A stretch of 64,000 nt of DNA from Eledone cirrhosa (Eukaryota), in assembly GCA_964016885.1 (NCBI GenBank), contig CAXHJY010000075.1, positions 62,001-126,000 on the forward strand. The letters are read 5' to 3'. Position numbers and translations under genes: made by a program. How positions within the stretch are numbered: the first letter of the stretch is position 1; the number at the start of each line of letters is the position of its first letter. Below, piece after piece: positions 1 to 11,825 of the stretch. The notes beneath the pieces are model-generated. The model did no database searches, was not told the origin of the DNA, and saw only the letters and a list, made by a program, of their open reading frames with translations.

Positions 1-310
1 GTGGAAATTAGCTGCCCAGCAGATGCCAATATAATATCAAAGATTAACAAATGGAGAATATCTATGCAGAACTAATGAGAAATCTACAGATACTCCACCC
101 TGACTATACCTTTAGATACGTACATGTGATCATACCTTCAGATTAATACATGTGATTAATGGGGCACTGGGATATGTTAGTAACTGCCTCAGTACAAATA
201 TTGAGAAGTTGAGCTTTACAGATACAGAAAGAACACGACTAGATAGGAAAATTACAAGTACAATCCATTAATGGAACAGTAAAAATATGTAAAACATTCC
301 AAAAATGTAA
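1..310 (+). mobile_element. 3' fragment of an RLE-type non-LTR retrotransposon (R4/Dong/NeSL-like), frameshifted
   Basis: Manual translation gives VEISCPAD..., ENIYAELMRNLQILHPDY and GALGYV, resembling the C-terminal restriction-like endonuclease region. Confidence 0.55.
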
Positions 311-1081
311 TAACTGCATATACACTTGTACAGATACAAAGCATATGCACACATACAGCTCAAAACATCCACATCCACACAAACAATAACATCCATACCT
401 GCACACACATGCATGCATGCAGACATGCATACATATGTACCTAGTTGTTGTTGTGTAAATTCCAATGAGAGAGTCTTGTAACTATGTTAGAAACCGACTC
501 TCTCCATTGGAAACATTTTGTGATATTATAAAACCAGAAGAACATGCATACATAGTACGTACTATATATATATATATAGTACGTACATGTATATAGTATT
601 CTATCCAACGTTCTAATGACTCTACTACTTCGCCACCTCTTTGCTGTCTAGAGATACAACATTTGTACTTCCACATCACGAATTTTCCTCTGTAGCTCAA
701 GAGGTGTCTGGGGTTTTTTTTGGGGGGGAGGGGGGGGGGGTTAATGAAATCTGGAGGTTTACAGCATCTGGAGGTTTTTATTATCTGTGTGATTAAGTCG
801 TACTTTTGTTTATTTCTTTGGTATGCCACGCTGAGTTAAAATACTGCACTGGGTGTTTTTGCCACGTAAAAGTGTTAATATATTTTGCTGTATAACTGAA
901 TCACCAGACAGCATCCGATCGATATAATTAAACACCGACGTTCTTTTCTAAGTTAACTTGCCAATGCGGCGAAAGACACATCAGATCGACGAAATGGGAG
1001 GGCTTTCTTTTATATATATATATTTTTGTATGTATTACTTGTTTATTTGAGTTTTAATTGTATATTCTTTCTTTTTAGTCT

Positions 1082-1266
<185 letters not shown>

Positions 1267-1559
1267 CGATTTCTTTTCGGCTTTGAGAATGTGTTCTTAA
1301 TTTAGATAGGCTTCGTGTAACCAACGTTACGTTTTGATGCGGTCTATTTATCCTATAAATTTTATACTGCATTGTCATAGTTTCTTAGTTAGCTCAGAGT
1401 ATGGCAGTGATATAAACGTGTAGATAGAAAAGAACCTTATATTCTTTACTTACGATACTTGTGGAGCGATGTCTGGTCAGTTATTAGGATTGTTGTCACT
1501 TCATTCGATACCGAGTTATTATTATTATTATATTTTTATTTTTTTAAGATAAATGTTTA

Positions 1560-1970
1560 TTTTCAATATAGCAATAATAAAAAAGAAGGGGAAACAAAGG
1601 GAAAGAAAGAATAGGAAAATATAAAAAAAGGAAGGAAAGAAGTTCTTTCCTTCCTTTTGGTTTTATAAGAAGAAAAAGAACGGGAAGGACAGGGGATGGC
1701 AAGAGCTCTGGTGTCACAGAAGAGAAGGGAGGAGTGAAGAGGGAGTGTGATTGGGCTTTGGACCGAGGGCAAGAGGGCAGAAGTGCTGCGCCCCACTGAC
1801 GAGACGACAAAAGCATTACCCCCGGCAGATAGCCAGTGACACCCGCTGTAACAGCCACCCAACCTCACGGGGCTCCCTCCTCAGACGGGCCGCCGACGCT
1901 CCGATCTTGCGGAGGAGCGTCGGCAGTACGAGGTCAAAGTACACCTGAGGTCTTGACGGTGACCGGTTTA
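1560..1970 (-). mobile_element. CRE-like non-LTR retrotransposon 3' fragment; related remnants at ~2150-2250 and ~37270-37460
   Basis: Minus strand reads TSGV...LLRKIGASAARLRREPREVGWLLQRVSLAICRG-NA, matching the QR(L/V)SLA..RGNA C-terminus of CRE-type elements; a similar 3' UTR (gtcacagaaga..gggagg) recurs near 37310. Confidence 0.55.
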
Positions 1971-2834
1971 TTTGTGTCTGGTGATGACGAATTTTCCACG
2001 CTTAATATGTCGAACGTTTATTAAATTTTGAAATAAGAGAAAAACATTTATAATTCATCAAATTTTACATAAGGAAAAGAAAATTGAAAAAGGTCAATCA
2101 ACAAAGTCAAATAGCAAAAATAAGGGAATTGGGAGAGTGCTGCAAACTCTATACTCCAGTCTAGGCGGTATATCTCATCGGACAGCAAAAAAAGCATGGT
2201 TAACAGCCAGTGACACACGCTACATCAACCAGTCTACCTTACGGGGTTCCTTCGTTTTAAGCATCAAATTCATAGTAAGCGTTCCTCTATTTTGAGTGAT
2301 ACGAATTTTATTTGCGTTACTTTTCAATTTTGTGGAAATGGCCTGGCTTTGATATGTACTTGTTGATGTTGTTGGTGTGGTGTTTGTTGTTGTTGATGCT
2401 GTCGTTCTTGATGTTACTGTTGTCAGTGTTGTCTTTGTTGTTGATGTCGTTGATGTTGTAGTTATTATTTTTAAGAATTTGGAGAGATCTATTAGTATAA
2501 CTAACTAATGATTCAGGATCATTGACACAAAGGAATCAAACTCCAACTGTCACTACCTCCATCTCTCCCACTCTCCCCTGTCCACAGGGCCCCGGCGGAC
2601 ATAATGGAGAAGGCGTTTCCCCGGAGGATGGAGAGGGAGACGCGCTGGAAGAGCCATGCTCTGATAGTTGGTATCACATCGCCGTCTACTATGCGACCGT
2701 AATTGTATCAGTGAGTTGCTCAACATTACCAAACTTAGACCAATTACATCAATTGTCAAGTAAAGAATACTCAAACTATACGGTCATATAAAAAGATCAA
2801 CTGGTGGTGTGAGTAGGTTATGCCTGCAAGTTAG

Positions 2835-3020
2835 GGTGAATTGGCAGTATCAGTAGAGGGTTGGACGCCATGCTTTCTAGCATAGTTACGTCTCTTTACA
2901 GTCTGAGTTCAAATCCCGCCGAGGCTAACTTTGTCTTTCATCCTTACGAGGTCGATAAAATAAAGTACCAGTAATGTACTGGGTAATTGCTGGCCTTGTG
3001 CCTAAAGTAGAAACAATTAT
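2835..3020 (+). mobile_element. tRNA-derived SINE (dominant family in window)
   Basis: B-box-like gagttcaaatccc, body ctttcatccttacg.ggtcgataaaataaagtaccag, tail agaaacaattat; many near-identical copies in the window. Confidence 0.85.
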
Positions 3021-3490
3021 ATATTCCTGGAATGAAGGTTGGCTGGTAAGAGAAGCAGAGGTCGGCAGCCAAAACGATGGCTTGACAATGTCAACTTATG
3101 GACTGGACTAGGTCTTTGCTCTTTAAACTCTGATGTTGTTGATCGAAAGGTATTATATATTCCTGGAAGGAAGGTTGGCTGGTAGGAGAAGCAGAGGTCG
3201 GCAGCTAAAACGATGGCTTGACAATGTCAACTTATGGACTGGACTTGATCTTTGCTCTTTAAACTCTGATGTTGTTGATCGAAAGGTATTATATATTCCT
3301 GGAAGGAAGGTTGGCTGGTAAGAGAAGCAGAAGCCGGCAGCCAAAACGATGGCTTGATAATGTCAACCTATGGACTGGACTTGATCTTTGCTCTTTAAAC
3401 TCTGCTGGTGGTGATTGAACTTTGTGGAGAAAGACATCACATGTTGATATGTAGTCTGCAACAGGCGGAGTTTAGCGTCACAAGAAGAAT
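3017..3490 (+). repeat. Three tandem 136-bp copies of an RTE-like LINE 3' coding end
   Basis: Units start at 3017, 3153 and 3289 and translate LEGRLAG(K/R)RSRGRQ.KRWLDNV, typical of an RTE C-terminus. Confidence 0.75.
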
Positions 3491-3654
3491 TATATGAAGT
3501 AATGTTCAGTAATCAATGTTACAGGACTTACGCAGTTATCGTTCAGGATTTGCTTCCATCAAATTTTTCGATTTCATTCGTTGTTTTTTAATTGTTGCTT
3601 ATAGGTATTTTTCTAAGTAGGTTACCAGAGTTTTCCACAGTAATCAGCCCCGGT

Positions 3655-3867
3655 GTCATCATCACCTTCATCTTTGTCATCATCATCATCATCATCATCG
3701 TCGTCGTCGTCGACGTCGAAGTCGTCATCATCATCATTATCATCATATTCATAATCCTCCTCCTTATCATCATCATCATCATCATCATCGTTATCCTCCT
3801 CCTCCTCCTCCTCGTCATCATCATCATCATCACCACCACCACCACCACCACCACCAACACCACCACC

Positions 3868-3901
<34 letters not shown>

Positions 3902-3950
3902 ACAATAACAACAACAGCAACATCATCCTTATTACATTTATTATTATCAC
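3655..3950. repeat. Compound ATC/GTC/CTC/ACC trinucleotide repeat
   Basis: Direct reading. Confidence 0.9.
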
Positions 3951-4582
3951 ATCCCTCCTTTCCTTAACTTGATGTAAGCTCTACATTGCTTGTGTCATCT
4001 TTGTCGTGGTATTATTCCCAAATGCTTCGGCACTTGAAGCTAATAAAAAAAAATGATTAATATTATTATTAAACCAGACCTGAAGAACTGACAGAGGCAC
4101 GTGCACTACTGGTCTAAAAGAAACAACAAACGCCCGTTGTTTTATGGGGGGGGGTTACAAGTAGCCCTCGAATTTCTCCTCTTTATAGAGGAATACGCAT
4201 TGTAAACAATTTTATTATATCAAATTATTATATTTAAACCTGTTTACATGCAAAATGCACACATCAACACACTCTTAATGTTTTGTTCGGGGCTGTCCTC
4301 AATGATTGTCTTAAGGTAAAACCCGTTATGGTTATAAAAAAAAGATTACTATTATTATTATTATTATTGGCGACCTACGGAGGAAATCGTAATATCGTGA
4401 GCTCCGCAAAGGTTTGTTGTTTTCAGTTGTTTCAAATTGCCAGTTATGGAAAATGTTTGCTGTTAAGTGTTTATAAGTTCACATATATTGCTTTCTGAAA
4501 AGGACATTAAAAAATATTGGAAACTTAAGTCCAAAATTTAAACTTTTATAATTATCAAACAAAGATTTTCTTTGAAAAAAAC

Positions 4583-6553
4583 ATGGACGGCTCTCAGCCA
4601 CACAAAGCTGACAGCCTTCCTAACAGACCAACATCTCCCACCACCACCATTGTAGAAATTACTGCAGTTGCCAACACTAAAAATATAAGCACTGGCAATA
4701 ATTTAAATTTGTCACATGCTGACATTCATTTCCCGCCATTACCAATAACTGCGGGTATTAAAAGCGCCACCCCCACCACCACAATGTCAAAAAGAAAAAC
4801 CAACACCACTGATACCACCACCGCGACCACCACCACCACAGCGACAACAGAAACAAACAAAAAATTATAATCTCGTGACATCGAAATGGATTCACCCAGA
4901 ATCGACTCTTCCACGCTGAACACCACTGACACCACCACCACCTCCACCACAACTGAAACTAGAATTAGCAATAACAAAAATAACAATAACAACAACGGCA
5001 ATAACAGCAACAATGAGAATAACAACAACAACATCAGCACCAGCGCAAAACAAAATGTGTCGTTTGCCAAAGCACCCAAGAAAAGCGAAACAATCGAGGT
5101 AAGACAGGATGAATTAAATGAAGCCAAGCGAATGTTAAAAAAAGATGGGTACGGGGTCAGCCTCACCACCCATCTAATAAAATGGAGCATCGGCGCCTAT
5201 GCACCGTGTCATATCGGACGATAAATATTAAAACGCGCCGATTGGAACGGGCATCCGAGTCCCAGACACAAAAAGCTTTGGGACATGTGTGGGCGAAAAA
5301 AACCCACAACAGACGTGGGCAGAAATATGGAACCGTGGACGTGTTCTTTGGAACCCTACAGGAAGCCAGAGAGCACTACATGGCCCCATTGAGCAGTGAC
5401 GAGTTCACACTCGTCCCAAGCTATTGTGGTCAGAGACTCGTGAAGATCAGGGTGAGCCACGTTCCGCCGGCCATTGAAATTCCCTGGCTAATGGCTGCCG
5501 TCCTTGCAGGCATCGAGGCCAAAACGAAAATAATTGAGGTAACAAAAGAAAAGCATGATCTGGGATGGAGCTCCCGATCCAAGCGGACCAAAAAAACATT
5601 GAGGAAATTCCAGAGGTGATAGACCTCAATGACGGCAGCCCCCTCACCATAATTGTTGGGGGTAGAAGGCCTAGGTGTGTCGTTTGTGGAGAAGGAACCC
5701 ACCTAAAGGCTTTCTGCCCTCAGGCTAAAAAGTTGAGGCCACCTCTCCTACCCACTCCAGTGACTCAACCATCAAAACCACCAGCTGCAGAAATGGCAGC
5801 AACAACTGTAGCAGCAACAACCCCAGCAACAGTAGCAAAACCAACACCACCACCACGCACCGCCCCAGAACTAGCACCAGCGCCTCCACCATCCACCATG
5901 CCACAACCAAAACCAACGACTGTAGAGGATTTTCCACTCCCCGACCTATACCAACTGGAGACAGGTTGTGACGATGAAGAGGATTGGGAAATGGTATCAG
6001 GAAAAAAAGAAAAAGAATAAAAAAGGAACCCCCAAAAAGAAAAAAATCCTCTTCCTTCGCCCTCCAAAAACAAAATGCAGAGGAAACAAATAAGCAAACA
6101 AACAAAAAGGTTAAGACAGCTATGCCAGCACCCACACCAGCATCACCAGCCTCATCACCACAAACAATAACACCATCACCATCATTAACCCCACAACCAC
6201 CATCACCAACACCACAAAAATCACCAAAAAGCGAAACAGAAACAAACCCACAACAAACGCAAACAAAACAAAACAGCCAAAACGATACACACTACACAGT
6301 ATTAAATTTGAACAATAACCAGTTATTACACTACATCCAGCACAACACCAGCATCACAGAAAAAGACTACACAACACCCCAAAAATTCACACAACCTCCA
6401 CACATACAGATCACTCGCATCACACAGAAAGCGTACACGACACTTAAACAAAAATTCCCCAAGGACATCGGAGACTTCCGACAAACACTCTCCAGGAGGA
6501 TTTATAAGGACATCCATCCGGAGGAGGCTACAGACAGTGGGAAGGAAGGATAA
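4583..6553 (+). pseudogene. ORF1 (Gag-like) of Tx1-like element, frameshifted
   Basis: CVVCGEGTHLKAFC (CX2CX4HX4C) knuckle in ORF 5565-6020 followed by a Pro/Thr-rich region. Confidence 0.75.
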
Positions 6554-6618
6554 ACCATCCTTCCTCTACGAGAAGTGAGGTAGGTGGTCTTTCCCATCTT
6601 TTTCCACTCCTTTTCAAC

Positions 6619-9290
6619 ATGACCTCACTCAGAATAGGCAGCATAAATGCGCGTGCCCTGGGGTCGTCATGGAAGCAGAGCCACCTGCTCAACGACCTCA
6701 GGTCACTAAACATAGATGTGGTGGCCATCAGCGAGACCAGAATCTCCGAAGCACGAGCCTTCACGCCGATCTTCGGCGGCTACGATGTGTACGCATCTCC
6801 CAGCCATCCTGGATCGGAGGGAAGGAGTTGCTGTGCTTTTTCGGAGAGGTTTGGATCTTGCCATACGGGCCATCTTCCTGGACCCAGAAGGTACGTTGGT
6901 GGTGCTGGACGTGACCAGCGGAGACGGGCAAGATTTCAGGCTAGTGGCCGTCTATACCCCGACGGGAGCAGGGCGGCCTGATTTCTTCCGGCGTCTGGAG
7001 ACCTTTCTTGGAACGTTCCGCTCTTTAGTGTTAGTGGGCGACTGGAACGGGATCTTAAATGCACGCTGTGACTGTGTGGGATTAGCGGATAGGGGAGGAG
7101 GATGTAAAAGCCTCGCAAACCTGCTCAGACGGTTTCAACTGTCTCACAGGTACTGTCTGGATTTCCCGAATGTGCCAATGTGGACAAACCGCATCGGGTC
7201 ATCCAGATCATATCTAGATAGAGTATGTTGTAGGGAAATAGATAGGTCTAGCATAGGCTGTCCACAATTCAAGATAGTCAGCTACACGGACCACAAATTC
7301 GAGATCTGTGAGGTTGGCTTAGATAGGCTTCATAGACAGGGGCCCGGCTACTGGAAGCTAAACGTGTCCTTACCATCGCGCAAGGTCTACAGAGTCAGGT
7401 TTAGCGAACTAGTTAAGCGGGCGTTGACGGGGGCAATCGTCAACAACAAATGGTGGTTTGTTCTGAAAAGAGCGATTAGAATAGAGTCCATTAGGTTTAG
7501 TAAGGCTTTAGCAATAGAGAAAAATAGAGCAGAGGGAGAACTAGTTAGAAAATTAGATGAGGCGCTTAGTAAAGGCATCGCGACCGACGTACTTGCGGCG
7601 AAATTGGCCCTTGACCAATTCTTCAATGTAAAGCACGAAGGCTGCGTTGTCAGAGCTAGAGTGCGTGCTCTCGGACACGAGGGGACGAAAGCCGTTCAAT
7701 GGGCCCGAGTGGCGGAGGCGCGTCGTGCCAACTAAGCCACGATGCGGACTTGGTGGACCACGACGAGCGCATGCTACTCGATCCCGGGAAAATGTGTGAA
7801 GCTTTTCAGCGACACTTCTCTCAGATGTTCTGGGGTAGCGGCGGGCCGGATCGAGGGATGGACTTTAGTGCCTACCTCGACGGACTGCCGCGGCTCTCGG
7901 CCATTGAGCTGGAGTGTTGCGAAAAGCCGATAACAGCCGCTGAAATACCGGAAGCAATGACTGTCTGCACAAGGGGTAAATCGCCTGGTTTGGATGGTCT
8001 GCGCTTTGAACTGTACGTACAGATGCCAGACTTGTTCGGATGCCTCTTGGCGGACGTCTACTGCAACTGTTAACAGAACGGGAGAATTCCCAGCTCTGTG
8101 AGCCAAGGAGCGGTGGCGTTGCTGAGAAAGCATACGAACAAGGGGGATAACATAGATAATTTCAGGCCCATAAATCTGCTAAACTCAGAGTTCAAGATTT
8201 TGGCCAAGGTGCTAGCAAAGAGGTTGGCGCTTGTCGTTGGTGGTCTGGTGGGAAAGGCGCAGACACACGCCATTCCAGACAGATCCATCCACAACAACCT
8301 CCACCTCATGCGATATATCGTGGAGAGGGTAGCTAGGGAACCTGGAACGGGTGGGTCCTTGATCAATTTCGATAAATCAAAAGCTTTCGATAGGGTCGAC
8401 CATCGTTATCTGGTGGTAGTCTTGGGAGCTGCTGACTTTGGGCCCGTCTTCAGAGGCTGGATCGCTGCCATGGACAGCGACATCTGCTCTGTGGTGAGAG
8501 TGAACGGTGATCAGTGTGGTGATCAGGTGTGGTCGCCGTTTGCTAGACGCGTCTTTACCCAGCTTGTCTCCTTGACGGAGCTGCAGTCCTGGGTCAAGCG
8601 AAGACCGAGAGGGAGCGCTTGGAGACTGGAATGTCTTAAGGCGCTCACAGCGGGCAATGTGATCGGTGGAAACTCCACCTATAGAGGATTAGTGGAAGGG
8701 AAGAGCGACGACGTACTTGTGTAAACTCTAGGCGTCGACGACAATCAAATAGCCAATCTCTTCGGAAGAACTTTCGGGCCGGGGCCTATGGACAACTTCA
8801 GAAATCCTTGGCCTGGCAGTGCTACCGAGGAGCTTTGCCAGTTCGAGATAAACTCTACAGGCATGGAAGTACCGTAAGCCGGGCATGTCCGAGATGCGCG
8901 CAGGGCGACAAAACCGTCCTGCACGCACTCGTCCAGTGTACGAGCATTGCTGACTTGTGGGCCTATGTCGAACACCTGCTGTCGCGTGTAGGACGGATCC
9001 GGCTATCAGCTGAGTGAGGATTGCCCCACCCTCTTCCTTTAGCCGGGAAGGGCAGGCAATTTTTATCTGTTTGGTGGCCATGGCGAAAGAGATAGCATGT
9101 TGGACACGTTTGAAAGGGCTGAAGACGAGCACTTACCTCTTCGGTGATGCTCTGATTAACTTTTTCAAATTTCATTTGAAAAGGAAAATCAGAGTAGAGA
9201 GGGAAGTGGTCTCTTCCCAGGATTTTGTTGAGAGAGACAAGAATGGCCTGAGTGAATTGGCCTACTCTGAGTATGTGCTTGTAAATTAAA
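6619..9290 (+). pseudogene. ORF2 (APE endonuclease + RT) of Tx1-like element, with stops, frameshifts and an internal deletion near 8510
   Basis: GSINARAL, VVAISET, LVGDWN, SYLDRV, TDHK, GPGYWKLN, KSPGLDG, NFRPINLLN, KAFDRVDH, CPRC..TVLHALVQC; the QG/YADD core is absent. Confidence 0.9.
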
Positions 9291-9559
9291 GGTTGAAAAC
9301 TTGGAGAGGGCACTTGCTCTGGTGGTCAGGGTCACCGTGGCTTTTTCAATGGGCTTTCTCCACGAATGTCCCTAGGAAGTCCCCCCCCCCCCCCTATTGG
9401 GGAACTTTTCATTGTTTTTTTTTGTTACATCCTCTGTTTTTCATTTCTTTAACACGCAGAAATGCCTATTTGTACCGTCCTGTATTGTCCTGTATTGTCC
9501 TTAATGTCTTACTTTGCGTAAAACCTTGTGGTTAATAAAGAAAGCATTATTACTATGCT

Positions 9560-9760
9560 TTGACGCATAGAGTTACGGCCCTTGCCATTCTGAGTTCAAA
9601 TCCCGCCGAGGTTGACTTTGCCTTTCATCCTTACGGGGTCGATAAAATAAAGTACCAGTAATGTACTGGGTAATTGCTGGCCTTGTGCCAAAAGTAGAAA
9701 CAATTATTACTACCAGTAATGCATTGGGTAATTGCTGGCCTTGTGCCAAAAGTAGAAACA

Positions 9761-9793
<33 letters not shown>

Positions 9794-10010
9794 GGCGGTG
9801 GATTGGCACTATCGGTAGAGGGTCGGACGCCATGCTTTGCAGCACAGAGTTACGCCCCTCTATGATCTGAGTTCAAATCCCGTCGAGGTTAACTTTGCCT
9901 TTTATCCTTACGGGGTCGATAAAATAAAGTACCAGTCATGCACTGGGGTTTATTTAATCGACTTTCCCCTCCCAAAAAATTGCTGGCCTTATGCCTACAT
10001 AAGAAATTAT
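9560..10010 (+). mobile_element. Two SINE copies separated by (TTA)n
   Basis: Same family as 2835; the second copy starts ggcggtggattggca at ~9794. Confidence 0.85.
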
Positions 10011-10584
10011 TATTATTATTATTGTATTTGTTGTTGTTGTTGTTGCCTAAACATTGTATATTGTTTTGTAGTTAAATCAACCATCTTCTTAAGGAGGTGG
10101 ATGGTTCCCATATATCGTTACCCCTTATGTGCTAAAATAGTGTGCTTCTTTTCACAGACACGTCAATAAAAAAAATGGACATATGTGAACGACAAAAATT
10201 CCTTCACTGGTTTGAACAGCGGTCTGTCCACAAAATAGAACAGCCAAAGTTTAAAAAACAACAACAGCAACAACCAAAACCAAAATCAAAACAAAAAATC
10301 ATCTACAGTAGGAGGTCTGCCACTAATAGAGTCCGCAATCTAATAGAGTCCGCAATCAAGAGCACCGCCGCCCCACCTCCACAACAGTATGCCCAACCAA
10401 AACCAACATCACTAGCATCACCTCCATCATAACCACCTACAAAATACCATCATGACAACAACAACTAGAAAATACTATACAAACAAGAAAGATAAAAGTA
10501 ACAAAAACAACAACATATCAGTAACAACAGTAACAACAAAAGTAACAACAACAGTAACAACAACACATATAATAATAATAACAA

Positions 10585-10860
10585 TGATTTCATTTATTAG
10601 CCATAAGGGCCGACTTGTAGGGTACAATACAAAAGACAGGGACAGTGGGGGTTTACAATAAGGTCGAGTAAAAGTGCACAATGGCAAGACTAATTTAACA
10701 ATGAAAATATAAAAAATATAAAATAAACTATGCATAAACAAAACTAAATAAATTCCCCTATAGGGGGTGGACGACCCAGGGGTGACTCAGGTACCCCACC
10801 AATCCTGAACCACCCTGCGCTTCTAGGGCACTCAGGGAGAGCACCCTTTTCCTCAATAAA
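10585..10860 (-). mobile_element. Tx1-like 3' UTR fragment
   Basis: Resembles 11826-12090; minus strand ends cccttatggctaataaatgaaatcattg. Confidence 0.5.
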
Positions 10861-10865
10861 AAGGC

Positions 10866-11615
10866 TACAGAAGGAATGCTAATGGCTGCGCAAGAACAGG
10901 CCCTCAAAACGAAGTGGGTGAAACACCATATTTACAAGGAGGAGGCTAACCCACTGTGCAGGATCTGTGGAGAGAGGAGACTGTGGATCACATTGTATCC
11001 GAGTGTAAACACCTAGCCCAGACTCACTATAAAGGCTGGAGACATGATGTTATGGGCAGGGTGATCCACTGGCACCTATGCAAAGTAAACAATTTGCCAC
11101 ATTCTGAGAAGTGGTATGAGCATAAGCCAGAGTCGGTGATGGAAAACGATCAGGTGAAGGTGCTGTGGGATTTTAGGATACAGACGGACAAGACACTGGA
11201 ACACAATAGACCTGACCTGGTGGTTTTGGACAAGGAAAAAAGATCGTGCCTGATTGTAGACGTAGCCTGCCCATTCGACACGAGAGTGCAAGAAAAGGAG
11301 AGGGAGAAAATTAACCGATACCAGGACTTAAAGTGGGAGGTAAAAAGGATTTGGAACTGCCATGAAGTCAAGGTCGTCCCGATTGTCATAGGCGCACTAG
11401 GTACTATCTCAAAGAGTTTCCAGGGATGGTTAAAGAAAATTAGTCCAGCCCCGCTTTTTGGAACACTTCAAAAGGCATGCTTGCTGGGAACAACAAGAAC
11501 CCTCCGATACGTCCTGAATATCTGAGGCTGCAGGTAGCGGCTTGATATTCATTTCAACAAACTTTCCAGTTAATTAACATCAATGACTGAGACTCAAAGA
11601 ACAATAATAATAATA
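10866..11615 (+). mobile_element. R4/Dong-like RLE non-LTR retrotransposon, 5'-truncated
   Basis: AAQEQAL...CRIC...ETVDHIVSEC, WRHD, WDFRIQTD..NRPDLVV, VDVACPFD, KINRYQDL, VVPIVIGALG; (AAT)n tail. Confidence 0.88.
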
Positions 11616-11802
11616 ATTGTTTCTACTTTAGGCACAAGGCCAGCAAATACCCAGTGCATTACTGGTACTTTATTTTATCGACCCCGTAAGGATGAAAGGC
11701 AAAGTCAACCTCGGCGGGATTTGAACTCAGATCGTAAAGGGACGTAACTATGCTGGAAAGCATGGCGTCCGACTCTCTACTGATACTGCCAATCCACCGC
11801 CA
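11616..11802 (-). mobile_element. SINE copy
   Basis: Reverse complement of the dominant SINE. Confidence 0.88.
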
Positions 11803-11825
11803 AAGAACAATAATAATAATAATGG

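Larger units (their letters stand above)
4369..9552 (+). mobile_element. Tx1/L1-clade non-LTR retrotransposon, near full length but defective
   Basis: ORF1 with Gag-like knuckle, ORF2 with APE endonuclease, partial RT and Cys-rich C-terminus; starts right after (TTA)n and ends aataaagaaagcattatt. Confidence 0.9.

Noticed and set aside
9794-9880. tRNA gene call for SINE heads
   Set aside because: A/B boxes are present but run into the SINE body and no cloverleaf is evident
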